The notes: a model not told the origin generated them from the sequence alone. Positions 1-13,182 are shown, counted from the first letter of the stretch. The stretch is DNA of 64,000 nt from Azolla caroliniana (GCA_043228905.1 JBHGNT010000007.1:5828001-5892000), one strand, 5' to 3'. A program made the numbers and translations.

Positions 1-446
1 TCCCAATCTCTCAAAAGCAGTAGCTAATGAAATTAGGATTGGATATGTATTTGTAAATGATGCAAAGTTTTTGCTATATTCAGAAGGTCAATAAAGAGCC
101 ACAATACTAGGTTTGTAATTGTTATTCAGAAATTCGACACAATGTAATGGAACGTTCTTTGTAAGGTTAATAAATAAAGAGCTATTCAACTGGATTTGCT
201 AGAAAATCATCTTTTGGCTTAATTAATGCTGCCAACCAATAGATAAGGAAGCTGCAATATTTACAAGGGGGTCACAGCTTCATTAATTATGGATGAAAAT
301 TCACCATATTCTTGTATATTTTTTTCAACATAAATGTGTGGTATGTATTTTTCTTTAGTCAACATATTATTATTGTATATTTGAGTAATCTATGACACGT
401 ATGTAAGTTTGATAATCATAGTCTAGGGAGGAGGATATAGTTATGG

Positions 447-830
447 TCATGAGAAAGAAAGAAAGAAAGAAATATTAACGTCTTCTAAGGCCAAAATTGG
501 CCCACGAGACAAATGGTTTACAATGAAAAATGGGATATTTACCCATTCATCGAAATTAAAAAATAAAAATAAAAATAGAGTTTTAAGCTCAAGAGAGGGA
601 GTATATAGTCTGTGTATGTAAACCAAGCTCAAGAGAGAAAGGGCATGCATTTTCCAACTCATTTTTCCCATTGGAGATGCACTGAAAGGATTGGAATGAG
701 TTGCATGGTTCTTACGCATGGTTGGTTCGAGTTGTTTCTCCGTTTTATATCCCTTTTTTAGCTGCTGCCTACACAATGAAAGGATGATTCTGGATTAGGG
801 TCATGGTGCTCAGCAATAATGCTAGACCAA
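447..830 (-). mobile_element. 5'-truncated 3' end of an RTE-group LINE (related to the 31779-44680 element)
   Basis: 450-600 is the reverse complement of the LINE 3' terminus at 44560-44680 (AAACCATTTGTCTCGTGGGCCAATTTTGGCCTTAGAAGACGTTAATAT followed by a CTTT/CT tail). The upstream limit is approximate. Confidence 0.7.
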
Positions 831-1272
831 TTTGAATGTTGTTTATACACATTCAGCAACTTGGCCTCCACATGTTTTTCGATCTATTAATCGCGAGAAA
901 GTTAGTATATTCTTTAGGGAAGTGAGACATCTCCTCTTCCCTTCAAATGTCAATACAAATACTAACGTGAAAAGATATACTCATAAGTTACAACTATATC
1001 CCAAGCACATAATCTGATGAAGATACTGTGTTCTAATTGTTCCACATTGAGAGACAGCCATAATTTTTCTTTCTTCTATAAAAAAGCTGGAATGATACAG
1101 AGAAGAGAAGACAAATTACGGTTTGAAGCTCCCCCCCCATCATACTCTCTCAGGAAAGAGTGTTCTAGCGGCATGGGAAGACTGTGGCCAGTGTCATTGC
1201 ACTCTTTTAGATGGTCACTAACACAGGCAAAAGCCATTATTACAAATGATTTGCCCATCAAAAATATGATCA

Positions 1273-2286
1273 TCATTCGATTGGTTCTAGAGCAATGGAA
1301 ATGAAGACATCCACTAGATTAGAAGGATCGGAGAAGAAAGGGGAATGGTCGCTATTGGCAAGGGTAATGACTTTGTGGGGTGGGTTTTGCTCCACCATTG
1401 TAGCTTGCATGCTCGGTGGTAGGGCTTCGTCCGATTCTGCGATGATGTAGTACCGCGGAATGCTTCCATAATTTCTCTCACTCAAGTTGAGCACCTCCGA
1501 GAATGGGGAGGTCGGAGTAGGGGTCAAGCAACTCCGAGCGAGACATATGTCTTCACTTGAGGTTCGGGTGTAAAGTTTGAGGATACTCTCGGGATGAATA
1601 GACACCGACACCATTTCCTTCTTCGAACATTTGTTGTTGTCGCCATTCTCGACCTCTTCATCGTCGGTAAAATGTGGAGCTAGTGCGTTTAACCCAAGAA
1701 ATAACTCGAAGTACTATATGCATGACCAATATAACCAAAAAAACTCAATATTGGTGGTCTCAATGCCCATTTAATGTTTATAATATGTTTAACAAAACTC
1801 AATTAGAAGAAAGAATACCGGGAAGAACACGGAGCCAATGGGGAGCATGAACGCGGTGAGGAAGATGGCTCTAGAGATCTTGTGCGGAAAGAGCTCCATG
1901 GCATAGGAGATAGTGCTTCCACCCAAGCTATGGCCGACGAGGACCACCTAAAAGACATGGATTTTTTGCGCACAAACAAAGTTACTTGTCGGGATTACGA
2001 GCGACACGATAGGAATGCGAATTAAAAATACAATGGAGGGGCAATAAATCAAGGTGAATGAAGGCATTTTTACCTTGGGATCGTGGGGGGTTAGGGACGC
2101 GAGGAGTTGGGTGAGGGGGCGGACATAGTCGGCGATGGAGGTGACGGAGTGGGCGGGGACTTTGCTGATGCCATTGGAGGCGAGGTCGATGGCGGTCACG
2201 GTATGTCCGGCCATTTGAAGCAATGGGATGACCTTGTACCAGCACCATGCCCCATGGCCAAGCCCATGTACCAGAACGAAGTGCAT
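1273..2286 (-). CDS. MES: Methylesterase (SABP2/MES family alpha/beta hydrolase), copy 1, intact, ~260 aa
   Basis: Exons 2286-2074, 1947-1819 and 1713-1273, all phase 0 with GT-AG introns. N-terminus HFVLVHGLGHGAWCWYK, nucleophile elbow GHSLGG, acid SDEAL, catalytic His in SDHSPFFS. Confidence 0.93.
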
Positions 2287-2451
2287 GGATGGGTCTAGTA
2301 ATAGTAGTAGTAGTATTGGTAGTGGTGTTTGTTTTATTTCTTGGATGGGAAAGGTCTAAGGCAAACAAATTTATACACGCATATTCATGGTATATACGTA
2401 TATATATACGTTTTATGCATGAATACATACGTAGTACATATACATATAGCC

Positions 2452-2452
<1 letters not shown>

Positions 2453-2505
<53 letters not shown>
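2453..2505. repeat. (GA)n microsatellite upstream of MES copy 1
   Basis: Pure AG dinucleotide tract. Confidence 0.95.
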
Positions 2506-2507
<2 letters not shown>

Positions 2508-3048
2508 CCACTGCTAGCTCTAGCTTTGTCTATGCATTGTACTTTGTGGTAGGATTATTGCTTCTCATGTTACTATGTAACTTCTTATAGTATATATCTA
2601 TCAATCAATCAATCTATATACATATAGATATATATGGATGGGATATATGTAGGGTGTGAGACCCGATCTCATACATCTTAAAGTGGTGTCCAATGGATCT
2701 TACTCCAATGTCTTAGTTATTCATGGTGTGGATGTATTGATATTATACTTTTCATTTGATTCCCTTCTCTAGCTTCCTAGAATCTAACCTCTACTTTTCC
2801 TAACAAATAAGAGAATGTCATTAGCCAAATGTACAACCAAGCTTAGTTATATTTTTGAAGTCCATGTAATGAATATAACCTTCAAAATGATTGGTAATAA
2901 TAATACAGTTAGATACTTTAACAATGATTGTCCTCATATGTTCGCAACGATTATCAATTCACAACCATACATTATAATGCACACAATCTTAGCCACATAA
3001 ACTTACTCTTTTAGATCACATTATGACATGCTATGGTCATTCTCAATG

Positions 3049-3054
3049 CACGTG
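3049..3054. promoter_or_regulatory. G-box (CACGTG) upstream of MES copy 1, conserved at 15187-15192 upstream of copy 2
   Basis: TTCTCAATgCACGTGTcAC versus TTCTCAATaCACGTGTaAC within otherwise patchily conserved upstream regions. Function is inferred only. Confidence 0.35.
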
Positions 3055-4009
3055 TCACCTGATCTAACTAACTTTCTTGCTTTTATTTAAGGTTAATGCC
3101 ATTGCATCAGCATGTTTTATTTCATTTATTATATTTTTTATTTGCTACATAATATGCACGTCCATTAAAGATTGTAGGAGTTACGCTTGAACACGAGCCA
3201 ACTCATCTTTATTTAAATAATCTTTTGTTTGATTATTTTTTATGTCATTTATTGTAATCACATTTTACACTAGCATTTCATTATTGATTGTTTTTAAATT
3301 GTAGAAATTACTATCATTATTTCTGCTATTAAAATTTTAAACCATGCTCTTCCATTCTCTTCATTTATTTATTTTTAAGCATGTTTCAATTTTATTCTTA
3401 TCTGTTAGATTTATTAATTTTTATTTTTTGATTTGCTTGTTGCTTATTTCCTAGATGGATTTTCAATTGGGTTTATAGTTCTTGATATTGTGATATTAAT
3501 ATATATTACCACAATCCAGCCTAACAACACTCACGTTAAAAACGACCTTAATAATGGTCTACTTAAGGCGGTTACAACTTAGAACAAGAACAAGAAGAAC
3601 TGCCCTATAACACTCACAAAAGCTATAAAAGGATAAACTCGGAAATAGAAAAACAATTTTAGAGTATAGATCTGAAGCATTTTATATTGGGGCATATGAT
3701 GGGAATACCAACACCTCTCGCTCCCCTTCCTTTATTTTGATCCCATCAATCCAACCAAACATGATTAACACCACTTTCGTGAGTTTCGCATCCTAAATCC
3801 TAAACTCTGACTTCTACCATAGACATTTCAACCATTCCAATCATGATAAAGACCACCTAAGTTTAGTTCGCCTCACCATCTCCGATTTCTACTATAGGCA
3901 TTTCAATATCCAATTTACCAAACCTAGTCACAAAACCCCGAGATGAATCATCTAAGCTCACCTCATCACTCATTGAAATCTTGATAGCAGTTTATTACTT
4001 ATATGAGAC

Positions 4010-4214
4010 TGTTGAGAGTCGAACTCAACTTCCCATAGATAGGTTTCACACTAGCTCATGGACATGTTGGGCTAGTTTTGTAAATAGTAGAAAGGGCACT
4101 TGCCCTAGCTTAGCTGGTATATAAACCAACGCATTGTAACTTAATTATTGTTGAATGTTTTATGTTTGATGTATTTTGGTTAATATACAATTTTTTCTAT
4201 CTCTGCCTTAAGAG

Positions 4215-4246
<32 letters not shown>

Positions 4247-4260
4247 TTCCCTCTGTTGCA

Positions 4261-4352
<92 letters not shown>

Positions 4353-4421
4353 TCTCTCTCTCTCTCTCTCTCAATCTTCTTCCGCTGCATTGCAATCACT
4401 CTTGCCTCCCATTTTGTTACA
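4010..4421 (+). repeat. 5' LTR of copia element 1
   Basis: Direct repeat of 8853-9221. Contains TATATAAA and (CT)n-(CA)n-(CT)n tracts. Confidence 0.95.
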
Positions 4422-4522
4422 TGGTAGCAGAGGGTGTGGTTACTTGATTAAGCCTATTCGACTGTGTTGTGCTGCGTGCCGACGATCAACAGAACTGGCC
4501 CATCAACAGAGAAGAAATCACC

Positions 4523-7500
4523 ATGAATACTCAAATGGGAAACACTCTTCCTACCGAGAAGCTCGACAGAACGAACTTTGCATCTTGGGAATACAAGATG
4601 CATCAATACCTTGTCGGACAAGGCTACTGGAGCTACATCGAAGGAGTTCACGAATCACAACCCAACCCAACACACATCGACTATCCCGCTTGGGAGCAGG
4701 CTGCAAGCCGTGTGTTGTATTGCCTTGCATCATGCATTCATGATCATATGCTTGGCTATATTCGAGAGGCTAAAACGCCGAAGCGGGCATGGGAAAACCT
4801 CAAGAAGATTTTCGCAGCCAATATGGCCGCACAAAAGCTCCAACTTCGACAAGAGCTAAACAATCTTCAACTACACCTTAAAGATCAAGGAGTTGTGTGA
4901 TGCCCTTGGATCGATCAATGTTAGCATTGACGACGAAGAAATGGTACAGATATGCCTCGATGGCTTGGCACCGCGATTTGGCGCAATAAGATCGGCCGTT
5001 CTCGCGAGAGAGAATCCTCCCTTCTTTTTGGATCTCCAATCATTGTTGCTAGTTGAAGAGAATCATGTGCGTCAAAGGAACAACGCACATGACGGAAAAA
5101 TGCTATATTCAAACTTAGATGGAGGAAGGAGACAAAGCCGCGGAAGGAGAGGTTGATTTGGCCAAGGCCGACACAACCAAGAGCATAACTCCCACCAATG
5201 GCAAGCGGACAGAAACGATCCCAGAGAATTCGACGGAAGGGGGAGTCATCACGCCGGACCAAGCAACTGTAGGAACCCGGTTGAGTGCGGGTACTGTGGG
5301 AAACCCAGCGACCACGAAGAGGAGTGTCGAAAGAAGAAGCGTGAGCAAGGCTGACAACTAACAAATTACGCCACGAACTCCGACTACGGCGGAATGTTCA
5401 TAATGAAGCACGAAGTGCACTCAATGTCCGCACTTGCGTCAATTACCGATTCCACTCCGAATAGCGTATGGTTTGTCGATTTGGGAGCATCCAATCACAT
5501 GACGTCCCATGAAGATTGGTTTCAGGAACTACGGAAGCCCGAACGTCCCGGATATGTCGAAACAGGAGATGACACGACTCACCCAATACACCATATCGGG
5601 AATGTCCCAATCGGAAATGACGGCAAACAAATCTACCTCAAGAACGTGCTGCATGTCTCCACTATTACGAAAAACCTGGTCTCGATTGGCCAGATTATCG
5701 AACAAGGAATGCAAGTACGCTTCAATAATGATGGGTGCTTCATCGAAAAAGGTGATCAAGTCATAACTCATGACCGTCGTGAAGGCCGTATGTTCATCCC
5801 CGAATTGAGCGAGGTAAAGTTGACCATGTTTGCAAAGGGCCAGAAAGTCAAAACCGACTTGAAATTGTGGCACAAGAGAATCGGCCGCATCAATCTCCAA
5901 AAGCTCCAGAACATGCAATCGAAATGAGTCGTAATTGGACTCCCGAACTTTACAACGAAGGAGATTATAAGCGTATGCGAAGCATGTCAGTTCGGAAAGC
6001 AACGCCGTCACCGATTCCCTAAAGAACGGAATGTGGGCAAAGGAATCCTGGATGTCGTACATTCAAATGTGTGGGGACCAACCCAGACAACAACATTTGG
6101 CGGATGCCGATACTATGTAACGTTCATTGACGACTTTTCCAAGAACACCTAGATCTATCCGATGAAGCAGAAGAGTGAAGTGTTCAGGCACTTCTAGACA
6201 TTCAAAGCCGAAGTCGAAAAAACTAGGGGCCGACATGTACGTTATCTTTGATCAGATGGAGCCAAAGAATATTTTTCGGGTGAATTTATGGCGTATCTCC
6301 AAAAAGAAGGAATGCGATGAGAGTTTTCGTGTCGACACACGCCTCAGCAAAACGGCGTAGTAGAGCATAAAAATAGCCATGTAGTAGAAGTCGCACGAGC
6401 CATGATGAACGAGAAGAACCTGCCGAAATCATATTGGGCAGAAGTGGTAAATACGACCATATATCTCATGAACAGGTGCACAACCTCAGGAATACACGAT
6501 ATAACTCCGCATGAGAAATTCTTCGGAAAGAAGCCGGACTTGTAACATGTCCGCATTTTCGGTTTTATCGCCTACGTACATATTCCCGACAATACGTAGC
6601 AAAAGCTTGACCCAAAGTCGGAGAAATTTATCCTCGTGGGATACTCACTCGAACATAAGGGTAACAAATGCTACAACCCAGCTACCCGTAAGGTTCGAAC
6701 AAGTCGAAACGTAGTCTTCGACGAATACGCATCCTGGTACGCACCAGAGAATACTTCGACTCCAACCCTGCTCGACGCGGATGACACTGAAATAGAAATA
6801 GAAGCTGAGGATTGGCTCACACAGATGTTAGAAGACAACCCAATTACGACACGGTTGAGTGGGCCATTAGAGCCGTCGAGAGATGGAAGCACATCTCGGC
6901 TGAGTCCGAAGTTGGACAAAGGGAAGGCGAAAATGCCGGAATATGAAGATCAGGAAGAGACCGAGATGCTTCGCTGTCTTGACAGTGAACTTTAAGATCT
7001 CGACATCCGCATAGATGGAGCGAAGAAAGCCATAATCCCCACGGATCGAGAGCTACACCGATCCACACGTGAAAAGAACCCCGCAAACCACTACGGCTAC
7101 GATGAGTACATGGTGTATCGCTACGCTTTTATGATGAAAGTAGCACCAGTACAGAAACCGGAAACGCTTTCCGAAACCGCAAAGGATCCGGGATGGGTCG
7201 ACGGGATGAACGAGGAGATGAACGCTTTATGCAAAAACGAGACATGGGATCTTGTTCCTCTCCCCCGAACAAGAAAGCGATTGGCTGCAGATGGATATAC
7301 AAAGTAAAATACAATGCCGACGGATCCATAAACCGCTTCAAAGCACGACTCGTTGCGAAAGGCTACGCGCAAACGCATGGCATAGACTACAAAGAAACCT
7401 TTGCCCCGGTGGCAAAGATGACAGCTGTACGGATAGTAATTGCACTCGTCGCAGCGAAGGGATGGCACCTCCACTAGAAGGACGTGAAAAATGCCTTCCT

Positions 7501-8758
7501 CCAAGGAGATTTAGGAGAAGCGGTGTACATGATACAACCACCCGGATTCGAATCGCGTAAACATCCGCACGCCGTATGCCGACTCAAGAAGCCACTCTAC
7601 AGCCTCAAACAAGCACCGCGTGCTTGGCATTCGAAGATCACGTAGTATCTTCAGCAAGTCGGATTTTGGATGTCAAAATCCGATACTTCTCTGTACATCC
7701 GAAATGAGTCGGATAGCCCGATCATCATCATCCTATACGTGGATGACTTGGTCATCGGAGGAATGGATCTCGCCGAGATCAACAAAGTCAAAACACTTCT
7801 CTCCGGCGTATTCGTAATGAAAGACCTACACGAACTCCATTACTGGCTAGGCATTCAAGTAATTCGGACACTAGTCAGGATAATGATCTCACAACGGCAC
7901 TATGTCCTCAACTTACTCTACAAGTTGGGAATGAACAAGTGCAAGCCTGTGTCTACTCCTCTCGATCGTAACCTAAAGATTGATGCCAATTCCGGAACTG
8001 CTGAGAGTGAGCCGTCTCAGTATCAACAACTGATTGGTAGTTTGATCTATCTAACCATTACGCGACCCGACCTCAGTTATTCGGCCGGCCTACTTAGCCA
8101 ATTCATCCAAAATCCGCGAAACCTTCACTTTGATTGTGCTAACAGGATATTATGGTATGTCAGTACGACAATGGCTTACGACATCATGTATAAGTCGAAC
8201 ACAACTATTCGACTCGAAGGGTACACCGACGCGGACTGGGCAAGCTATAAAACGGATAGACGATCCACTTCCGGATTTGTCTTCTCCCTTGGCAGTGGAA
8301 CAATCTCTTGGAGCAGCAAGAAACAACCGATAGTCGCAATGTCGAGCACGGAAGCCGAATATAGGGGCGCATCAATCGCCGCATGCGAAGCTTTATGGCT
8401 TAAATGCATACTAAAGGATCTGGGTGTTCCCATCAAGGATCCAATTCGTCTCTACTGCGAACACATGAGCAGTATCTAGCTGGCGCGGAACCCCGTATTC
8501 CACACGCGGACTAAACATATCGAAGTGCATTACCACTTCATCCGCGAGTGCGTACAGGCTGACGAGTTCGATATACAACATACTAGTACACACCTCCAAG
8601 TTGTTGATATATTTACGAAGGCCTTAGGAGTCGACAAGCTCGGGCAATTTGCATCGGACCTTGGTCTCACGATATCTACATTGCCAAACTTGAGGGGGAG
8701 TACAGGTACAGGCGACACAGAAGCAATATGCAACGATACACAACACATACGCAATTGA
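4523..8758 (+). pseudogene. Copia gag-pol polyprotein, disrupted by frameshifts and stops
   Basis: KLDRTNFASWEYKM (gag), WFVDLGASNHMT (protease), LWHKRIG and CEACQFGKQ (GAG-pre-integrase/IN), [10 protein letters not shown] and LYVDDL (RT), YTDADWA and SSTEAEY (RNase H), spread over several frames. Confidence 0.93.
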
Positions 8759-8852
8759 TCAAGTACGCGAGTATGCAACACAGCTGACTAGACAAGTCGA
8801 AGTACGCACTGAACAACCTTCTCGTCAGATAGAAGTTGTGTTCAAAGGGGTG

Positions 8853-9092
8853 TGTTGAGAGTCGAACTCAACTTCCCATAGATAGGTTTCACACTAGCTC
8901 ATGGACATGTTGGGCTAGTTTTGTAAATAGTAGAAAAGGGCACTTGCCCTAGCTTAGTTGGTATATAAACCAACGCATTGTAACTTAGTTACTGTTGGAT
9001 GTTTTATGTTTGATGTATTTTGGTTAACATACAGTTTTTTCTATCTCTGCCTTAAGAGCTCTCTCTCTCTCTTTCTCTCTCTCCCTCTGTTG

Positions 9093-9175
<83 letters not shown>

Positions 9176-9221
9176 CTTCTTCCGTTGCATTGCAATCACT
9201 CTTGCCTCCCATTCCGTTACA
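8853..9221 (+). repeat. 3' LTR of copia element 1
   Basis: Direct repeat of 4010-4421, followed by the TSD GAGAC. Confidence 0.95.
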
Positions 9222-9234
9222 GAGACAAAGATTA

Positions 9235-9715
9235 TGTTGTGTAAAATTATTCAAAGAAAACAACAAAATACAAAACAAAAACTATGCAGGATACACCACA
9301 AATTTTAACGTGGAAAACCCTGAAGGAGGTAAAAAACACGAGACCTAGTCTAGAAATAAGTCACTATCAACATAAAACGTGTACACTAAACTAAACAAGT
9401 TAGAGTAGGTCTGGAATGTGGCTTGTGATGGAGGCGGTGATGTCTGAAATGTCGGCATTCAATGATGTACACAAGAGCGCTAATGGAGCATGCCAAGGAG
9501 AAGAGTATAAGTTCTATGAAATCTGTTTTTCTTTCTACAACAGAAAAAAATGCCCATTCTCCTCTTTATCTCACTTTCAATAGCGAGAATAGATGTGTAA
9601 ATACATCTAACGGTGACCCCTTTTCACACTGTATTTCAAAATAAAAAGATTTGGTGTCCAAGGGCCCATTTTCACATTAAAATAGTGGCCAGAAATGCTA
9701 GCAATCTCCCCCTCT
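9235..9715 (-). mobile_element. Old copia-type LTR remnant with adjacent PPT
   Basis: Carries the ACGTGGAAAACCC...AAAAAACACG motif also present in the LTRs at 32711 and 42601. CAATCTCCCCCT at 9702-9713 reads AGGGGGAGAT-TG on the minus strand (PPT abutting an LTR start). Confidence 0.5.
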
Positions 9716-10611
9716 AGCTACATAAGGAGAAGATTTCATTGAGCAACTTCGTTTTTGTTCAATCCAACAAGCTTGACACATTGGTTAGTATCGTTGGTAC
9801 ACCATTGATTAACGTGAAGGTTTTCATTATAGCCAACTGCTTAAAATGCCAATTTCCTAAATTGAGAGGTAAATTTGTGGTTAACTTGCCAATGTATAAA
9901 TATTCCAAAGTGAATGTATGTATTTGTGACCACCCCTAACAGTGTTGGCATGGTGCCCATTTTAATGTGGGAAGTGTTCGGTGTCATGTATATGTTCGTG
10001 GAGACTTTGATGAGGGTGTCTTGATCTGAGGTTGATGGTTGTGGTAGTTTTGGGTTCTAGTTTTTCATTCAAGCACGTGTGGTTTTGGCATGGTCGTGGT
10101 GTACTCAATCCATCACAGAAGTATAGTGTATTTTGGCATCTATTTTAGCATTAAATTGACCAACTTATTTGTTGGGCATGTATCAACGATTGTATGTTAA
10201 ATTGAACTAGTTGTACAATCCCAACCAATCTATACTCTATATGTTATTACTCGAGGCAATGTTGGGATCTAGGATTGTGTATGGTTGTTGAATCGCTTCT
10301 GAGCTTTGTTGCCAAGTACTTGAATCCACATGAAAGCATATGTGCTCACTTAGAACTTACTCATTTCTACACATTCCAATGCATTGCATTACACCATCCT
10401 AGGATTCCAATTGGTCAAGAAAGCTTGGGTGGTTGATTTGAAAAACCATTGAACAAGAAAAGGACCTCTCTCGTTTAGTATATATTTAGTATATAACATT
10501 TTGTAACTCTCTTATTGGATGCAAATAATGCTATCATGCATAGTATGAACCATACGTACCATACGTGCAAGAATGTTTCAATCATTCGCGTAAGAAAAAC
10601 TCCCTCAAAGA

Positions 10612-10652
<41 letters not shown>

Positions 10653-11924
10653 CCAAAAAAAGATACTACATTAGTATTAGAAAACCGCCATAAGGCTAAA
10701 CATACAAGCTATACCGATCCCCTATATTTATCTAAAGTCTAACCATTGGCTTGAATAAACACTTTGGTGTTGAGTAGAACCACTCCACCTTACCAAAATA
10801 CCGTCTATAAAATATACCTATGTCCCAAATGGCATGAAACTCCACCCGCCTAAGCTCCGCTTGATGCGTATTACCTTTTATACCATCCAAAATCCCTCAA
10901 AGAATGATAAATACCATACTTTTGGATTAACTATTTATTATGAGGTAAATAAGCCTAAAAAATGGAAAAAAAACAAAAAGAAAACATTAAAAAAATGGGA
11001 AAAAAAACACACAAGAATGTTTGAATGTCATGTTTTATCATGTGCCCTTTCCTTTTCTTCTGAGCATGGACTTGTCCTTATCCCTTTCATGGGCACTTGG
11101 TTTAAGCAAAGTGTTTCTTCAAGCTATATCCATTATTATCGCACGCTTCATTGTCATCACTTACAATTGGTAAATCATCTTTTCCTGTGTATTGGATTTG
11201 GAAGATTTTGAACCCTTCAAAAACTTTGTTGTTAGGGGCTTAGCTCTTTCTATTTCAATTGTCAACTATGTTTTGTTATTCTATTCTTTTTGTTCTTCCT
11301 TTTAGTGGTCACTTTGATGTGACATTTAACCTATAGTAAAACTTGACTTTTTAGTGCTTTCTTCCCTTGGTAAACTCCATATCACGATAACTAAATGATC
11401 TCAAATCTAAAATTTAGAAAACAAGAAAAGACTTCAAATTATAATAAGCGTTAACATTACTGTATAACTAAAGTAGATTAATTTACTAACCTTCAGGGTC
11501 AATATGATCTATTAGAGAAGAGGAAAAATACGTCAACTTCTCAACATTGTTGAGTTGTTGTCAATAATGCATAATGAAGACATAATCAAGATAGTCATGC
11601 GAACAATTAGAACCATTCAATTAGTTCTCATGGCCATTTTACGCTTCATCGGCCCCACTTTATCATTGATCAAAATTATAAGTAAGTGATGCCTAGTTGT
11701 TTTTTTTTTTTGTGAGGGAAACTTCATCATGTGCATTGCATATAACCTGTTATATGCCCACGGAAAAAATCTCCTTGTGTATGAAAGAGAATGTGCCATT
11801 TATACATTTGTCTATATGCATGTATGTACATAATCTGTGACATTTATGTACATTTGATAATCAAAGTGTAGGGCCAAAATTAGAAAGTATGGTATATGAA
11901 GAGATCGATGAAGCCTTTTACTTC

Positions 11925-12027
11925 GTCCCTATTGGGGACATTTAATAACATTGGAACGATATAGAGAAGATTAGCATGGCCCTTGGGCAAGGATTTGACA
12001 CACACAAATCAAGATATGGTCCAAATT
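11925..12027 (+). pseudogene. U6: U6 snRNA pseudogene (near full length, diverged)
   Basis: GTCCCTattGGGGACATttaATAAcATTGGAACGATAtAGAGAAGATTAGCATGGCCCtTGgGCAAGGATttGACACaCAcAAATCaAGAtATGGTCCAAATT aligns end to end with plant U6. The ACAGAGA box is mutated to ATAGAGA. TATA-like sequence ~32 nt upstream, no recognisable USE. Confidence 0.9.
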
Positions 12028-12559
12028 CTCTCTTTTCTTTTCATAAAAAACCTGAATGATTAATAAAGAATTTCCCCTTAATTTCTCCCCTTAGTTTCCG
12101 TGTTGATTAGATATGGGAATGAGAATACGAAAGAAAGAAAACACTATTGTATTTGGGGCATACCAGTCTTAAGTACGAACAAAAAAGATTGACAATGTCA
12201 AGATCCTTCACCCGTCATGGTCGGAATGATGAAACAGTGAACCATCAAGTATACGACAAACAAACTTGGTTTCCTAATTGAAAAGGAGGGGTTTTTGGTT
12301 TCTTTTTATTTTCTTACTCTAGCCCTCGGTAGTGGCATATGAACAATAAATAATAAGTAAAAGGTAGTGCAAACAATCACACAAATAGCCCCTTACTCTT
12401 CGACTTATCCTCGGCGACAAACAACTAAAATCGGCGATCTCCTTTTAGTTGTGGGTTCCATTTTAGAGTGGAAAAACCCCCACAATTTACATCTATGAAG
12501 CCCTTGCCTTTGGTTCCTTTTTCTATATAGAATGATATACATATTGCTTTTATAGAAAG

Positions 12560-12740
12560 CACTTTGGTTGAAGGAAAACGAGGTTTGGCTAACCATATGC
12601 CTATGATAGACGTTGCACTATGGAATGCATTGATCACATGCTAGGCAAACAAGGGTAATAGCTTTGTGATGTGAAGTTATTGCCAAAATGTTGGGTGAGA
12701 GGTGAAAAGAATCTTAGAATGCATTATTTGTGGTTTTCAT
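12560..12740 (+). pseudogene. Degenerate PLS-type PPR repeat fragment
   Basis: The frame at 12591 reads NHMPMIDVALWNALITC*ANKG, matching the PPR consensus FDxMPxRDVVSWNALIxGYAxxG, with an in-frame stop. Confidence 0.4.
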
Positions 12741-13182
12741 AGGTCATCATGATTAAAGCCATTGTAAGGTTTTAGCTTAATAATTTCTTCATATATGCAG
12801 AATTCTACTAATGAAGAATATATTTTTTGGAAAAAAAGAAAGTAGTTTAAGCTTACAAGGTTAAGTAACTTTTCCCCCACAGTTAGAATATGTGTCACCA
12901 CTCATCTATTTAAGGCTACTAATTCCCATATTTCTTTTCCCCCTCACTACATTTTCCCAATACAATGCAATTAAAAATGCTATGATTTTCAGTTTCATTT
13001 CAGCATTCAATGATTTGTAGCTTTAAATACAAAGTACTATTTGGAATTTCCATTGTAAACATATCGATGGCCAATCATGGAAAACCTCTACTTGTAACAT
13101 GCCCAAGAATAAATTGCAGCTCTTTGTTGCTATTATTATTATTATTATTACAAATGGTGTGTGGCCATCAAAAATATGATCA

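Larger units (their letters stand above)
4010..9221 (+). mobile_element. Full-length, decayed Ty1/copia LTR retrotransposon
   Basis: TG...CA LTRs at 4010-4421 and 8853-9221. 5-bp TSD GAGAC at 4005-4009 and 9222-9226. tRNA-iMet-type PBS TGGTAGCAGAG at 4422. Purine tract before the 3' LTR. Domain order gag-PR-IN-RT-RH. Confidence 0.97.

Noticed and set aside
1948-2073. ORF-track C-terminal extensions of the MES first exons (also at 13834-13959)
   Set aside because: These are intron 1 read-through. GT-AG splicing restores the conserved hydrolase sequence.
10616-10652. Long poly-T as a retrocopy tail
   Set aside because: No adjacent recognisable retrogene or SINE body and no clear TSD.
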